Assembly (NCBI GenBank): GCA_963665295.1
Contig: OY762209.1
Coordinates: 1,568,001 to 1,632,000, forward strand
DNA: 64,000 bases
Direction of reading: 5' to 3'
Origin: Syntrophorhabdaceae bacterium
GTDB lineage: Bacteria; Desulfobacterota; Syntrophorhabdia; Syntrophorhabdales; Syntrophorhabdaceae
Positions 49,140 through 58,356 of this stretch are shown here, one piece after another. Made by a program: the position numbers and the translations under genes. The notes beneath the pieces were generated by a model. The model saw only the letters and a program-made list of their open reading frames with translations. It was not told where the DNA came from and ran no database searches. Numbering within the stretch: position 1 is the first letter of the stretch; each line of letters starts with the position of its first letter.

Positions 49140-49195
49140 TTCGGGGGGGCGGCCGGGCCGTCCGTTATACTCGAAATATCAGGAGGTGACACGCC

Positions 49196-49633
49196 ATGTT
49201 CAAAACGATTCTTTTCCCCACCGATTTTTCCGACGTGGCCCAAAAGGCCATGAAATACATCACCCAACTGAGAGGCGCAGGGGCGCAGGAGGTCATTGTC
49301 CTCCACGTGATCGATGACAAGGAGTTGGCCGTCCTTTCAAGGGCCCCCGACCAGTACGACAACATAATCGAGGCCCTTAACAGGGAAGTGGCGTCGGAGA
49401 TGACCGCCATAGAAACGGCCCTGAATTCGGAGGGTTTCCGGGTGAAGCTCGAAGTGAGGACAGGCAATCCCTTCAAAGTAATCATGGATACGGCCACGAA
49501 GGAGAAGGCTTCGGTTATTGTCCTCGGCTCCCACGGCCGGTCGAACATTGCCGAGATGCTCATGGGTTCCGTTTCCGAAAATGTGGTCAGGCACGCCACG
49601 ACGCCGCTCCTCGTCGTCAGCAGGGACGCGTAA
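49196..49633 (+). CDS. Universal stress protein
   Basis: ILFPTDFS, LHV, GSHGRS...MGSVSENVVRH. Confidence 0.92.
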   Translation: MFKTILFPTDFSDVAQKAMKYITQLRGAGAQEVIVLHVIDDKELAVLSRAPDQYDNIIEALNREVASEMTAIETALNSEGFRVKLEVRTGNPFKVIMDTATKEKASVIVLGSHGRSNIAEMLMGSVSENVVRHATTPLLVVSRDA

Positions 49634-51764
49634 CCGGACGAGCGGACCCTATAGAGGTGTCGGTCTCGCGTGAAACATCCCGCTTCTTCACGATGCGGGC
49701 GAGGAGTGACCTGTCGGCAGGGAATCCCGTAACCGGGTCGGCGTCGGCGTCATCGGTGAGCACGTTCGCGTTTGCCTGATCCCATCCGTGGGGAAGGGAT
49801 ATGACCTTCGGAAGGATCCGCGGCGTACATCTGACCTTGACCTCGATGCGGCCCCGCCTGGTCTCGACAAAGACCGTCTCACCGTCTTTGACGTGCAACT
49901 CCCCGGCAGTGAGGGGGTTGACCTCCACATACGGCTCAGGGGCACGCTTGAGCAGGGACGGCACGTTGCGAAAGCGTGAATGGAGATACCCGAGAGTCCG
50001 GGCCCCCGTAGTGAGCACGAGCGGGTAATGCCCCGCGATTTCGGGGGCGGACAGGGGGCTTTCCGCAGGCTCCAGATAAACGGGCAGCGGAGAATACCCG
50101 TGCCGCTCAAGTTGGGAGGAATAGATCTCCACCTTACCCGAGGGTGTCCTGAAACCTTCCCGCTCGTACTTCTTTGCCTCCCACCGATGGTATACGTAGC
50201 CGTCGGGCATCTCCCTCAGGTCGTCGAGGGTGAGATTCATGGACCTGAGCCTGTAGTTGATGGCCTCTTCCTCGGTCTCCCACGGAAAGAATTCCCCGTA
50301 ACCCATCTCGGCGGCGATCCCCTTCCATACCTCCCAGTTAGTGGGAAGACCTTCGTCATGGGAGAACCTGGGCGCAAGGCCGAGGCGCGGCTCGGAGGAA
50401 AGGTGAGAGCTGTCCCAGAGTTCGTTTTGTCCCAGGAACGTGGCGCAGGGCAGAACAAGGTCTGCGAGGCGCGCGGTCTCGGTCATGAACGGGTCCAGCA
50501 CCGCGAGAAAGTCGATTTTCGCCAGGGCGCGGCGCACCTTGCCCGCATTCGGCCATGTGAGCACCGGGTTGCTGCCTGCGACCACAAGTCCTTTCAGCGC
50601 ATAGGGCCTGCCCGTGAGAATGGCCCGGGCGTAAAAGTTTGCCTGGGCATGACCGGACGAGGCGTGGAACAGGGGGTACTCGTCCGCGCCGATGGCCTGC
50701 CTGCCGTTGCCGCGGCTTGCCAAAGTCAGGTCCGTGAGTCTCGCTTCCTTCAGGAATATGGCGCCCCCGGGTACGTCCATATTCCCGGTGACCGCCTGGA
50801 GGATGGCCACGGCCCGGACGGTCTGAAAACCGTTCGTGCTCAGTTCCAGCGAGACGCCCTGGGAGATTGAGGCAGGTGCAGACAGGGCGTAGAGACGGGC
50901 GGCCTGCCGTATTTTCGGGGCAGGAACCCACGTTATCTGCTGGACCCTTTCGGGTGTAAACTCCGACACGAGTTTGAAGAGGGGGTCAAAGCCAATGGTC
51001 CACGCATCGACAAACTCCCTGTCGTAAAGACCTTCCCCCATAATCACGTGGAGCATTCCGAGGGCCAATGCGCCGTCGGTGCCGGGCCTCAACTGGAGGT
51101 GCAGGTCCGCGTCTTTCGCAAGAGACGTCTCCTTCGGATCGATAACGATGAGGGCGCATCCCCGTGCGCGGGCGTCCGTGATTTCCCTTACCAGGGACGG
51201 GGTCGATGAAAGGGGGTTCTTGCCCCATAAGACGATGCATCTGCTCTTTTCGTAATCGGCCACGGGCATGGCGCCGCAGGTAACCACATTGGCCATGTAT
51301 TTCGACTCGAAGCAGTGACTGCCGCTTGTGGAAAAATTGGGCGTCCCGTACAGGTTGCAGAAGCGCTCGGCATAGCCGGAGAACTCCTTGCCCACACCGG
51401 CCTGCCCCACATGGACCGCGAGGGCCTCGGGGCCATGGACATCCCGGATCTTGCGGAGGCGGGAAGCGAGAAACTCAAAGGCGCCGGGCCAGGACATCTT
51501 CTCCCACCCGCCTGCAGCAGTCTTCCTGAGGGGATGTCTCAGGCGGTCCGGGGCCGAGAGTACCTCCGTGAAGGCCCGTCCCTTCGGGCAGAGATGGCCC
51601 TTGCTTACGGGGTGGTCGTCATCCCCCTCAATGGTGGCGACCTTTCCATCCTTCATTGTGAGGGCCATGCCGCACGTGCCGCTGCAAATCCCGCACACGG
51701 TGCGGAAGACGGGAGTCTCCTGCACCGTGTCACGGGCATCGAAACGTAGATTTGTTTGCTCCAT
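49617..51764 (-). CDS. Mo/W-bis-PGD oxidoreductase (DMSO reductase family), second copy
   Basis: CGICSGTC...LCPKG, WGKNP, RPGTDGAL, ETARLADLVLP, HGW; no Tat signal; start uncertain. Confidence 0.85.
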   Translation of the reverse strand: MEQTNLRFDARDTVQETPVFRTVCGICSGTCGMALTMKDGKVATIEGDDDHPVSKGHLCPKGRAFTEVLSAPDRLRHPLRKTAAGGWEKMSWPGAFEFLASRLRKIRDVHGPEALAVHVGQAGVGKEFSGYAERFCNLYGTPNFSTSGSHCFESKYMANVVTCGAMPVADYEKSRCIVLWGKNPLSSTPSLVREITDARARGCALIVIDPKETSLAKDADLHLQLRPGTDGALALGMLHVIMGEGLYDREFVDAWTIGFDPLFKLVSEFTPERVQQITWVPAPKIRQAARLYALSAPASISQGVSLELSTNGFQTVRAVAILQAVTGNMDVPGGAIFLKEARLTDLTLASRGNGRQAIGADEYPLFHASSGHAQANFYARAILTGRPYALKGLVVAGSNPVLTWPNAGKVRRALAKIDFLAVLDPFMTETARLADLVLPCATFLGQNELWDSSHLSSEPRLGLAPRFSHDEGLPTNWEVWKGIAAEMGYGEFFPWETEEEAINYRLRSMNLTLDDLREMPDGYVYHRWEAKKYEREGFRTPSGKVEIYSSQLERHGYSPLPVYLEPAESPLSAPEIAGHYPLVLTTGARTLGYLHSRFRNVPSLLKRAPEPYVEVNPLTAGELHVKDGETVFVETRRGRIEVKVRCTPRILPKVISLPHGWDQANANVLTDDADADPVTGFPADRSLLARIVKKRDVSRETDTSIGSARPVTRPC

Positions 51765-52104
51765 CAAGCTTCCTTCTGATCCGGAGACATGAACCGGCAG
51801 TGCTTCACCCTTCAAGGTCTGTTGACGGTGTAGGTGGATTGCCTGTGATTCCGCCGGGCCCTCAGCGATTCCGGACCGGCGTTGGTGGTGGGCGGGAGGC
51901 GCTACAGGGTGCGCGGGGAGGTTCGGAGTCTCACGGACCCCGGCACGACCGATCAGATAAGCATCCGTTTCCAGATTCGGACCACGATCTCGGACCTCCG
52001 GTAGTTTAATTATCTATTTCTAACATAACAACCATGAATAAGTCAACCATGGCCGACGACGCGGGCCGCAAGGAAGACGCTCTTCACCGCCCGCCCGGAA
52101 GGCG

Positions 52105-52113
52105 TGCTATAAT
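52105..52113 (+). promoter_or_regulatory. Extended -10 element upstream of the TPR gene
   Basis: TGCTATAAT. Confidence 0.45.
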
Positions 52114-52158
52114 GTATCAGGCCCTTTAAGATAAGGGGCTAAAAGACAGAGGGATCGG

Positions 52159-52815
52159 ATGGAACGGACGTGGTTTGAAAAAGGGCAATCCTTCTTTGCG
52201 GCCGGCGATTATGACGGGGCAGTGGAGGCGTACACCAGGGCCCTGGAACCGGACCCGGGGAACGCTCTGGTCTATAACAACCGGGGGCTTTGTCACGCGA
52301 GACTTTGCGACTTCGATCAGGCCATAAAGGATTTCGATAAGGCCGTGGAGCTTGACCCCGGAAACGCGACGGTCTACCACAACCGGGGAAATGCCTATTA
52401 TATCGGCCCCGGAGACTACAAACGGGCAATAATTGATTACGGCAAGGCCATAGCCCTTTACCCGAGACAAGCCTCCACGTTCTACAACAGGGGGAACGCC
52501 TTCAGGAAGATCGGCGACTACCAGCAGGCGATAAGGGATTACGGCAAAGCCATATCCCTTGACCCCGGACGTGCGGCGGCCTACTACAACAGGGGGATCG
52601 CCTTCCGAAAACTCGGCTCCTGCCGTCAGGCGCTAAAGGATTTCGACAAGGCCATAGAACTGGAGCCCAAAGACGCGGCGGCCCACCAGGAGCGGGGATA
52701 TACCTACGTCGACCTCGGCAACACCCGGCAGGCGATAAGGGATTTGACCAAAAGCGCGGAACTGGGCCGCAGGGAGATGCTCATCGATCTCCACATGGAC
52801 GATATTGAATGGTAG
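52159..52815 (+). CDS. Tetratricopeptide repeat protein
   Basis: About six 34-aa repeats Y.NRG.A......Y..AI.DY.KAI.L.P. Confidence 0.9.
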   Translation: MERTWFEKGQSFFAAGDYDGAVEAYTRALEPDPGNALVYNNRGLCHARLCDFDQAIKDFDKAVELDPGNATVYHNRGNAYYIGPGDYKRAIIDYGKAIALYPRQASTFYNRGNAFRKIGDYQQAIRDYGKAISLDPGRAAAYYNRGIAFRKLGSCRQALKDFDKAIELEPKDAAAHQERGYTYVDLGNTRQAIRDLTKSAELGRREMLIDLHMDDIEW

Positions 52816-52967
52816 TCCCCACAGGGTGCTTAGCGGGCCGCCGCTTACGGAGGCCCTTGATTGCATCCCCAGCCGGCATGACCTTGCCTTCATCGATCTG
52901 CCCCGTGCCGAGGGCCGGTGTCTTCAGGAGAGCCATTGTCTGCCGGTCGTTCCCGACATGTCCCTAT

Positions 52968-53198
52968 TCAAAGCGTGGATATCTCATCACTGGGGAACCG
53001 GTAAGGCGGCATCTCCTCAATCGTCTGTTCCTCGAAGATGATCGAGCTTATACAGGTGCCGAGCATTGCGGAAACCACAAGAATAAACCAGCATAAAGTC
53101 ACCACGAGCACGTAGCGCAAAATCCGCCGCGTAACCGGACCGATCTTCCGCTCCCGGAAAAGCACGCTCTCAAACATGGTGCATCGGGATTCTCCCAT
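52968..53198 (-). CDS. Small hypothetical membrane protein
   Basis: One TM segment; plausible TTGAAA-N17-TATATG promoter upstream; start 53198 or 53177. Confidence 0.4.
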   Translation of the reverse strand: MGESRCTMFESVLFRERKIGPVTRRILRYVLVVTLCWFILVVSAMLGTCISSIIFEEQTIEEMPPYRFPSDEISTL

Positions 53199-53517
53199 GG
53201 CTCAATATCTTTATAACATATAAACGCACCGTGGTGAACTTTCAAGCATCTTCAACCTCTGCGGATAGACGGAGATCGACAGGGCGGTTTCTCGATGGTC
53301 ACCCGCACTTCCGCCCGGGCTTGCCGGCGCTTCCGCCAATGAAGCACCGGTTTTCCCGCCTTGAAATGGACGCGAAATAATAGTTCTTTATTTCCGGCAC
53401 CATTAATCAGAATAGATCAGATGTGCCGGGTGGAATATTAACAAACACCGACTGCGCAACCTGACCAACCCCCCCACAGTGGGCTTTTTTTATCCTCACT
53501 ATATCCCAAAATGTCTA

Positions 53518-53545
53518 TTGACTCGATTACGGTAGTGATTATATT
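53518..53545 (+). promoter_or_regulatory. Putative promoter of the TonB/metal locus
   Basis: TTGACT-N16-TATATT about 75 nt upstream of the first Cys-rich ORF. Confidence 0.45.
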
Positions 53546-53619
53546 CTGGACGTGAAGCTGCCAATACAGGGATTTGCTTGTGTTCCTTGGGGACAGGACG
53601 AGACGGCGGGGTCGCTCCC

Positions 53620-53940
53620 ATGAAGAGACTTGCCGTCTTTCTCCCTGCTCTCATCGCCCTCGTTCTTTTGGTGGGCTCCCCCTTCTGCCTTTCTTTGGGC
53701 AACGGAGGCGGCCTGGCCTGCTATTGCTGCTCCGGCGCCAAAGGGGAGTGCCTGATGAGCGCCTGCCCGAATTGCCGCAACGACACCGACCAGAGCGGCC
53801 TTTCCTGGTCGCCGGACCTTATTTTGAGTTCCTTTGCCCTCGCGGTTTTCGCACAGCCTGTGCGCGACCATTCAGGGTATCTTTTGCCACCCTCTGCAGT
53901 TTACCTGGAAGTGCCCGTCAAACCTCCCATCAGCCTTTAG
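53620..53940 (+). CDS. Small Cys-rich exported-type protein, candidate regulatory leader ORF 1
   Basis: Hydrophobic N-term, ACYCC, CPNC, C-terminal YLEVPVKPP; paralog at 57974-58315. Confidence 0.75.
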   Translation: MKRLAVFLPALIALVLLVGSPFCLSLGNGGGLACYCCSGAKGECLMSACPNCRNDTDQSGLSWSPDLILSSFALAVFAQPVRDHSGYLLPPSAVYLEVPVKPPISL

Positions 53941-53962
53941 AATCCCCGCATCAAATTAACTA

Positions 53963-55637
53963 GTCTCCATCCGGAAACCCCCATTTTCGAGCAAGCCCCC
54001 GGTCTATTGCCAGGGTGGGCGCTCAGCCGTCCGGTGATTCCGTCATCCCTTTTCGGATTTCACTCCATCGGGCCCGTTTTCCCCAGAGTCAGGGCGTAGC
54101 TCACCCTTGTCCCCTTGAGAAAATAGTCTTCTCTCATCATGAGGCCATCCTGATGCGGGCGATGACGAGAAGATTGTAGGAGACGATACTGGAGAGCACG
54201 TACCGGGCAAACCCTTCCCATCCTGTCCACGTCGCCCGGTCAAGGCCGAAGGACCGTTTCAATGTGGAGATGCCTGCTTCAATGCCCGCCCGGAAGTTCC
54301 TGAGCTTCTTGTAGACCCAGGTGCTCTTTGCCATGTCGAGGATGGAGAGCCCCCTCTTTCTGGCGAAGACGGCATCCTTGATATGGTTCTCCTTCGCATA
54401 GGCGAGGTTCTCTTTTGAGGCAAAGCCCCCGTCGGCCGTCACTTGGCGAGGCATCTTCCCGTACCACTCCTTATGCTGCTCAAGGAGGGATTGATACTGG
54501 TCGGTATCAGCGGGGTTGCCCGGGACGATGAGACACCCGATGATCATGGTGGAGCGTCCTCCTGTAAGGAACACCTTATGGCCGTACTCGGTATCCCTCC
54601 TCCCCTTCACGATGATGTCCGTGTGGTCCTCGAAGAAAGAGACGATCTTCTCGGAGGCGGGGACCTTCTCGTTCTTGAAGACTCTCCGGTCGGTCTGGTC
54701 GATGACCTTCCCGAGTATGCCCACGGCGCGTTCAAGTCTCCGGGCAAGCTCGCGGGCAGCGAAGGTGTCCATGAGATTATCGCCCTCGTAGGGGATGAGT
54801 TCGGTGATCGCCTCTTCGGCATATCCCTTCACGAGATTCGCATAGTGGAGGAGGTCCTTGTAGGCGCTCTTCCGTGTTCTGTCGTTCTTTGCATTGAGGA
54901 TCGTCATGAGCTTCTTCTTGGCTACTCTCCTATGGTCACTGTAGGCATACCGGGGCACGGGAGCAAGCTCCTTCCCTTCGGTGAGTAACCGGGTAATGAC
55001 GCGGATGCCGTCCACGATGAGCGATGAGTCGGTGGGGTGGTGGATGTTGGTCTCCACCGTGGTGGAGTCTACTCTTACCACGCGGCCGGATTCTATCTTC
55101 TCCTTTACCGCGTAGCGGTTTACTTCCTGAATGATCGCCTCCCAGGTTTCTTCCCGTATCGCCTTTATGTTCTCCTGAAGGACCGATTTGGAGGGGTACT
55201 GTCCCATCTCCAATCTCGCGAAACTGCGGAGTGCGTCGGAGTCTTCCATGTGGAAGGCAAGCTCTTCATACGTCAGTTGGCGGTACTGCTTGAGTATGGC
55301 GATCCGGAGCACCTGTTCCGCGGTGAGCCCCTCTCTTCCCGTGTCGGTGCGACAGAAGGAGGTCATATCCCCGAAGACCAGATCCAGAAGGCGGGGATTG
55401 GCGTCTATGACCTTTGACATCTCCTGAAGCTCCTTTACGATAGAATGGCGCATCATGGGGGAGAAGAGGCCTGTCTGGGGGTTGAATTTCTGGCGCATTC
55501 CGGAATCCTTTCTGAAGGCGTTAGGTAATGATATTGCCTTGTTACAACCATATTGTACCTCAGATGAGGGGCGAAACTCCAGGGGAATGTGGGGATTTGG
55601 GCAAATATTTCATGGGGTTAGGTTTCCGGATGGAGAC
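53963..55637 (-). mobile_element. Complete insertion sequence (ISNCY, ISDol1-group-like), 1675 bp
   Basis: Perfect 17-bp terminal IR GTCTCCATCCGGAAACC (53963-53979 / 55621-55637); flanking 6-bp DR TAACTA (53957-53962, 55638-55643). Confidence 0.88.
54137..55498 (-). CDS. DDE transposase
   Basis: RVDSTTVETNIHHPTD, KIVSFFE.H...I.KG, EYGHK, ADGGF, R.GIEAGIS.LKR. Confidence 0.92.
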   Translation of the reverse strand: MRQKFNPQTGLFSPMMRHSIVKELQEMSKVIDANPRLLDLVFGDMTSFCRTDTGREGLTAEQVLRIAILKQYRQLTYEELAFHMEDSDALRSFARLEMGQYPSKSVLQENIKAIREETWEAIIQEVNRYAVKEKIESGRVVRVDSTTVETNIHHPTDSSLIVDGIRVITRLLTEGKELAPVPRYAYSDHRRVAKKKLMTILNAKNDRTRKSAYKDLLHYANLVKGYAEEAITELIPYEGDNLMDTFAARELARRLERAVGILGKVIDQTDRRVFKNEKVPASEKIVSFFEDHTDIIVKGRRDTEYGHKVFLTGGRSTMIIGCLIVPGNPADTDQYQSLLEQHKEWYGKMPRQVTADGGFASKENLAYAKENHIKDAVFARKRGLSILDMAKSTWVYKKLRNFRAGIEAGISTLKRSFGLDRATWTGWEGFARYVLSSIVSYNLLVIARIRMAS

Positions 55638-55729
55638 TAACTAACGCCGGACCGGTTCGGGATAGCCTCGACCCTTCGCGGGTCTTCGGTGCGCCCCCGG
55701 AACCTTGACGGCAAGCATAAGGAGCTATC

Positions 55730-57907
55730 ATGCGAAGAATACCATTCTGCTGCGTGCTTGGGGCGCTCTGTCTCCTGGCCGGGTCCCTCCCGGCGGCGGA
55801 CGGCAAGGGCGAGGGAAAGGCAGTCGCGGCCATAACCCTCGACGGGGTGGTGGTGAGCACCACACGGGACGTTGCGGCGCCGGAGGACGGAGGATATGTG
55901 ACAACGGACAGCTACCGGCACAAGGTAACATCCGACGACCGGGCGCGCACGGGCAGCACCCCCGACCTCCTCTATGATGTGCCGGGCGTGAGCCTTCAGC
56001 AGAACGGCGGGGTAGCCGCCATCCCCTTTGTCCACGGCCAGGGTGACGACCGGGTGAAGATTGTGATCAACGGCATGACTACCACCTCGGCATGCTCCAA
56101 CCACATGAACTCGCCCCTTTCCTATATCGACCCCGCCAATGTGAGCACTATGAACGTGATAGCGGGCCTTACCCCGGTTGCCATGGGCGGAGACAGCACG
56201 GGCGGGACCATTGTGGTGGACTCCGCGCCGCCCGTCTTCGCTGAGCCCGGCGAGAAGGTCCACACGGAGGGGAGCCTTTCCTCCTTTTACCGGAGCAACA
56301 ACAAAAGCTACGGCGGCTCCGTCTCCACCTCGGTGGCTACGGGCAACGTGAGCGCGGGTTACTCGGGCTCCTGGGACAGGGCGGGCGATTACCACGACGG
56401 GAACGGCGCCACCGTGACCTCCACCTATTACAAGACCAACAACCAGACCGTCACGCTGGCGGCCCGGGGCAGCGGGAACCTCCTCGTCGTTCAGGGCGGG
56501 CAACAGTCCATCCCATACCAGGGATTCGTGAACCAGCAGATGGACATGACGAGAAACTTTTCGGAATTCCTCAACGTACGGTACAAGCGCGAATTCGGAT
56601 GGGGCCTTGTCGATGCCCGGGTCTACTGGCGGGAGGTATGGCACGAGATGAACGTGGGAAGCGACAAGATAGATTTCCCCAACCCCATGCTCATGCCCAT
56701 GGAGACCCACGGGAAGGACATGGGCTACTCCGTGAAGGCCGAGATACCCCTGAATGAACGGCACCTCGTGAGGGCGGGCAACGAATTCCACAGGTTTCTC
56801 CTCAACGACTGGTGGCCCCCCGTGGCCAACACGACCCCCTTCATGGGGCCCGGCACGTTTCAGAGCGTCAACAACGGCCGCCGGGACCGGTTCGGCACAT
56901 TCGGCGAATGGGAAGCGAAATGGACCCCCGCCTGGACCACTCTTCTCGGCGTGCGCAACGATACGGTGTGGATGAATACGGGCACAGTCCAGGGCTACTC
57001 CAACACCAACCTGTACGCCCCTGATGCGCGCGCCTTCGACGCCCGGAGCCGGGGCCGCACGGACGTCAATTACGATATCACCGCCCTCGTCCGCTACGAG
57101 CCCGACAAGACGAGCACGTACGAAGGCGGCTATGCCCGCAAGACACGCTCGCCCAACCTTTACGAACGTTATGCCTGGTCCACGAACAGGATGACAAGCG
57201 GCATGATCAACTGGTTCGGGGACGGCAACATGTACGTGGGCAACCCCGACGTCGACCCGGAGATCGCCCATACGGTGAGCGTGACCGGAGACTGGCATGA
57301 CAGTACGCGCAGGGAATGGGGAATAAAGGTCACCCCCTATTTCACCTATGTGGAGGATTACATCGGCGTGGATGAACTGAAAAGCGTGACTTACGGAGCC
57401 AGCACGTTCTCCCAACTGAAATTCGCCAATCATGACGCCCGTATTTACGGCGCGGACCTGGCGGGTTTTATGCCCATATGGAATAACGCCGCCCTGGGCC
57501 GGGGGCGGCTCAAAGGCACGGTGGGGTTCGTCCACGGAGAGACCGTTGCCAATGGAAACAGTCTCTATCACATGATGCCCCTCAACGGACTCATCATTGT
57601 GGAACAGACCCTGAAGACGTGGCGAAACGGCGTGGAACTGCAATGGGTGGACCGCAAGACCGCAGTCGATCCCCTCCGGCATGAACCGAAGACCGCGGGT
57701 TACGCCCTTGTCAACGTGCGTTCAAGTTACCAATGGCAGAGGATCCGTATTGACGCGGGTATTACCAACCTGTTGGACAAGACCTACGAACTCCCCTTGG
57801 GAGGGGTTAATTTCGACGATTTTCTCGCGAGCGGTTGGAGCAGCCGGATCAGTTCGGTGAAAGGGCCGGGCCGGTCGTTCTATGCGGCAGTGACGGTGCA
57901 GTTCTGA
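55730..57907 (+). CDS. TonB-dependent outer-membrane receptor (OprC-like CxxxM plug motif)
   Basis: Signal peptide, VVVS TonB-box-like segment, VPGV and GG.I plug, SACSNHMN, NLLDK.Y, GRSFY, C-terminal F. Confidence 0.9.
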   Translation: MRRIPFCCVLGALCLLAGSLPAADGKGEGKAVAAITLDGVVVSTTRDVAAPEDGGYVTTDSYRHKVTSDDRARTGSTPDLLYDVPGVSLQQNGGVAAIPFVHGQGDDRVKIVINGMTTTSACSNHMNSPLSYIDPANVSTMNVIAGLTPVAMGGDSTGGTIVVDSAPPVFAEPGEKVHTEGSLSSFYRSNNKSYGGSVSTSVATGNVSAGYSGSWDRAGDYHDGNGATVTSTYYKTNNQTVTLAARGSGNLLVVQGGQQSIPYQGFVNQQMDMTRNFSEFLNVRYKREFGWGLVDARVYWREVWHEMNVGSDKIDFPNPMLMPMETHGKDMGYSVKAEIPLNERHLVRAGNEFHRFLLNDWWPPVANTTPFMGPGTFQSVNNGRRDRFGTFGEWEAKWTPAWTTLLGVRNDTVWMNTGTVQGYSNTNLYAPDARAFDARSRGRTDVNYDITALVRYEPDKTSTYEGGYARKTRSPNLYERYAWSTNRMTSGMINWFGDGNMYVGNPDVDPEIAHTVSVTGDWHDSTRREWGIKVTPYFTYVEDYIGVDELKSVTYGASTFSQLKFANHDARIYGADLAGFMPIWNNAALGRGRLKGTVGFVHGETVANGNSLYHMMPLNGLIIVEQTLKTWRNGVELQWVDRKTAVDPLRHEPKTAGYALVNVRSSYQWQRIRIDAGITNLLDKTYELPLGGVNFDDFLASGWSSRISSVKGPGRSFYAAVTVQF

Positions 57908-57973
57908 GAACCGCGCCGGCGCCATGGTTCCGTGCGGGTCCGGTTGCCCGCAACAGATGATGAGGCTGGTTTT

Positions 57974-58315
57974 GTGAAGAATGCGATCGGTGTGACTGTT
58001 GCCATGATAGCCCTCCTTCTCCTGGTGGGCGCCCCGTTCTGCTTTTCCTTCAATGGAAAGGCGGGTCACGGGGGCCTTGCCTGCTACTGCTGCTCTGCTG
58101 CAAAAGGGGACTGCATTATGATCCAATGTCCGAAATGTAACGCCCATGACGGCCGGGATATGACTTCCTGGTCGTCGGACCTGATGCCGAGGTTCTTTCA
58201 TATGTCCCTCTTTGCCGGGCCCGTGTCCGGAAGGGCGGAGTGCTTCCTGACGCCCGAACCGGTATACCTCGAGGTCCCGGTCAGACCTCCCGGAAGCGGC
58301 GTCCCGCCCGGATAG
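57974..58315 (+). CDS. Small Cys-rich exported-type protein, candidate regulatory leader ORF 2
   Basis: GTG start after TGAGG; ACYCC, CPKC, YLEVPVRPP; paralog of 53620-53940. Confidence 0.75.
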   Translation: MKNAIGVTVAMIALLLLVGAPFCFSFNGKAGHGGLACYCCSAAKGDCIMIQCPKCNAHDGRDMTSWSSDLMPRFFHMSLFAGPVSGRAECFLTPEPVYLEVPVRPPGSGVPPG

Positions 58316-58356
58316 CACATGCGAACCCAATCGGACGTTATAGAAAGGAGAGAACT

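Noticed and set aside
51765..52010. Possible Moco/Wco riboswitch in the long leader of the second Mo enzyme
   Set aside because: GGAAAC and GCCTCCC occur, but the pairing GGAAAGG segment and expected stem order are absent; an Infernal scan would settle it
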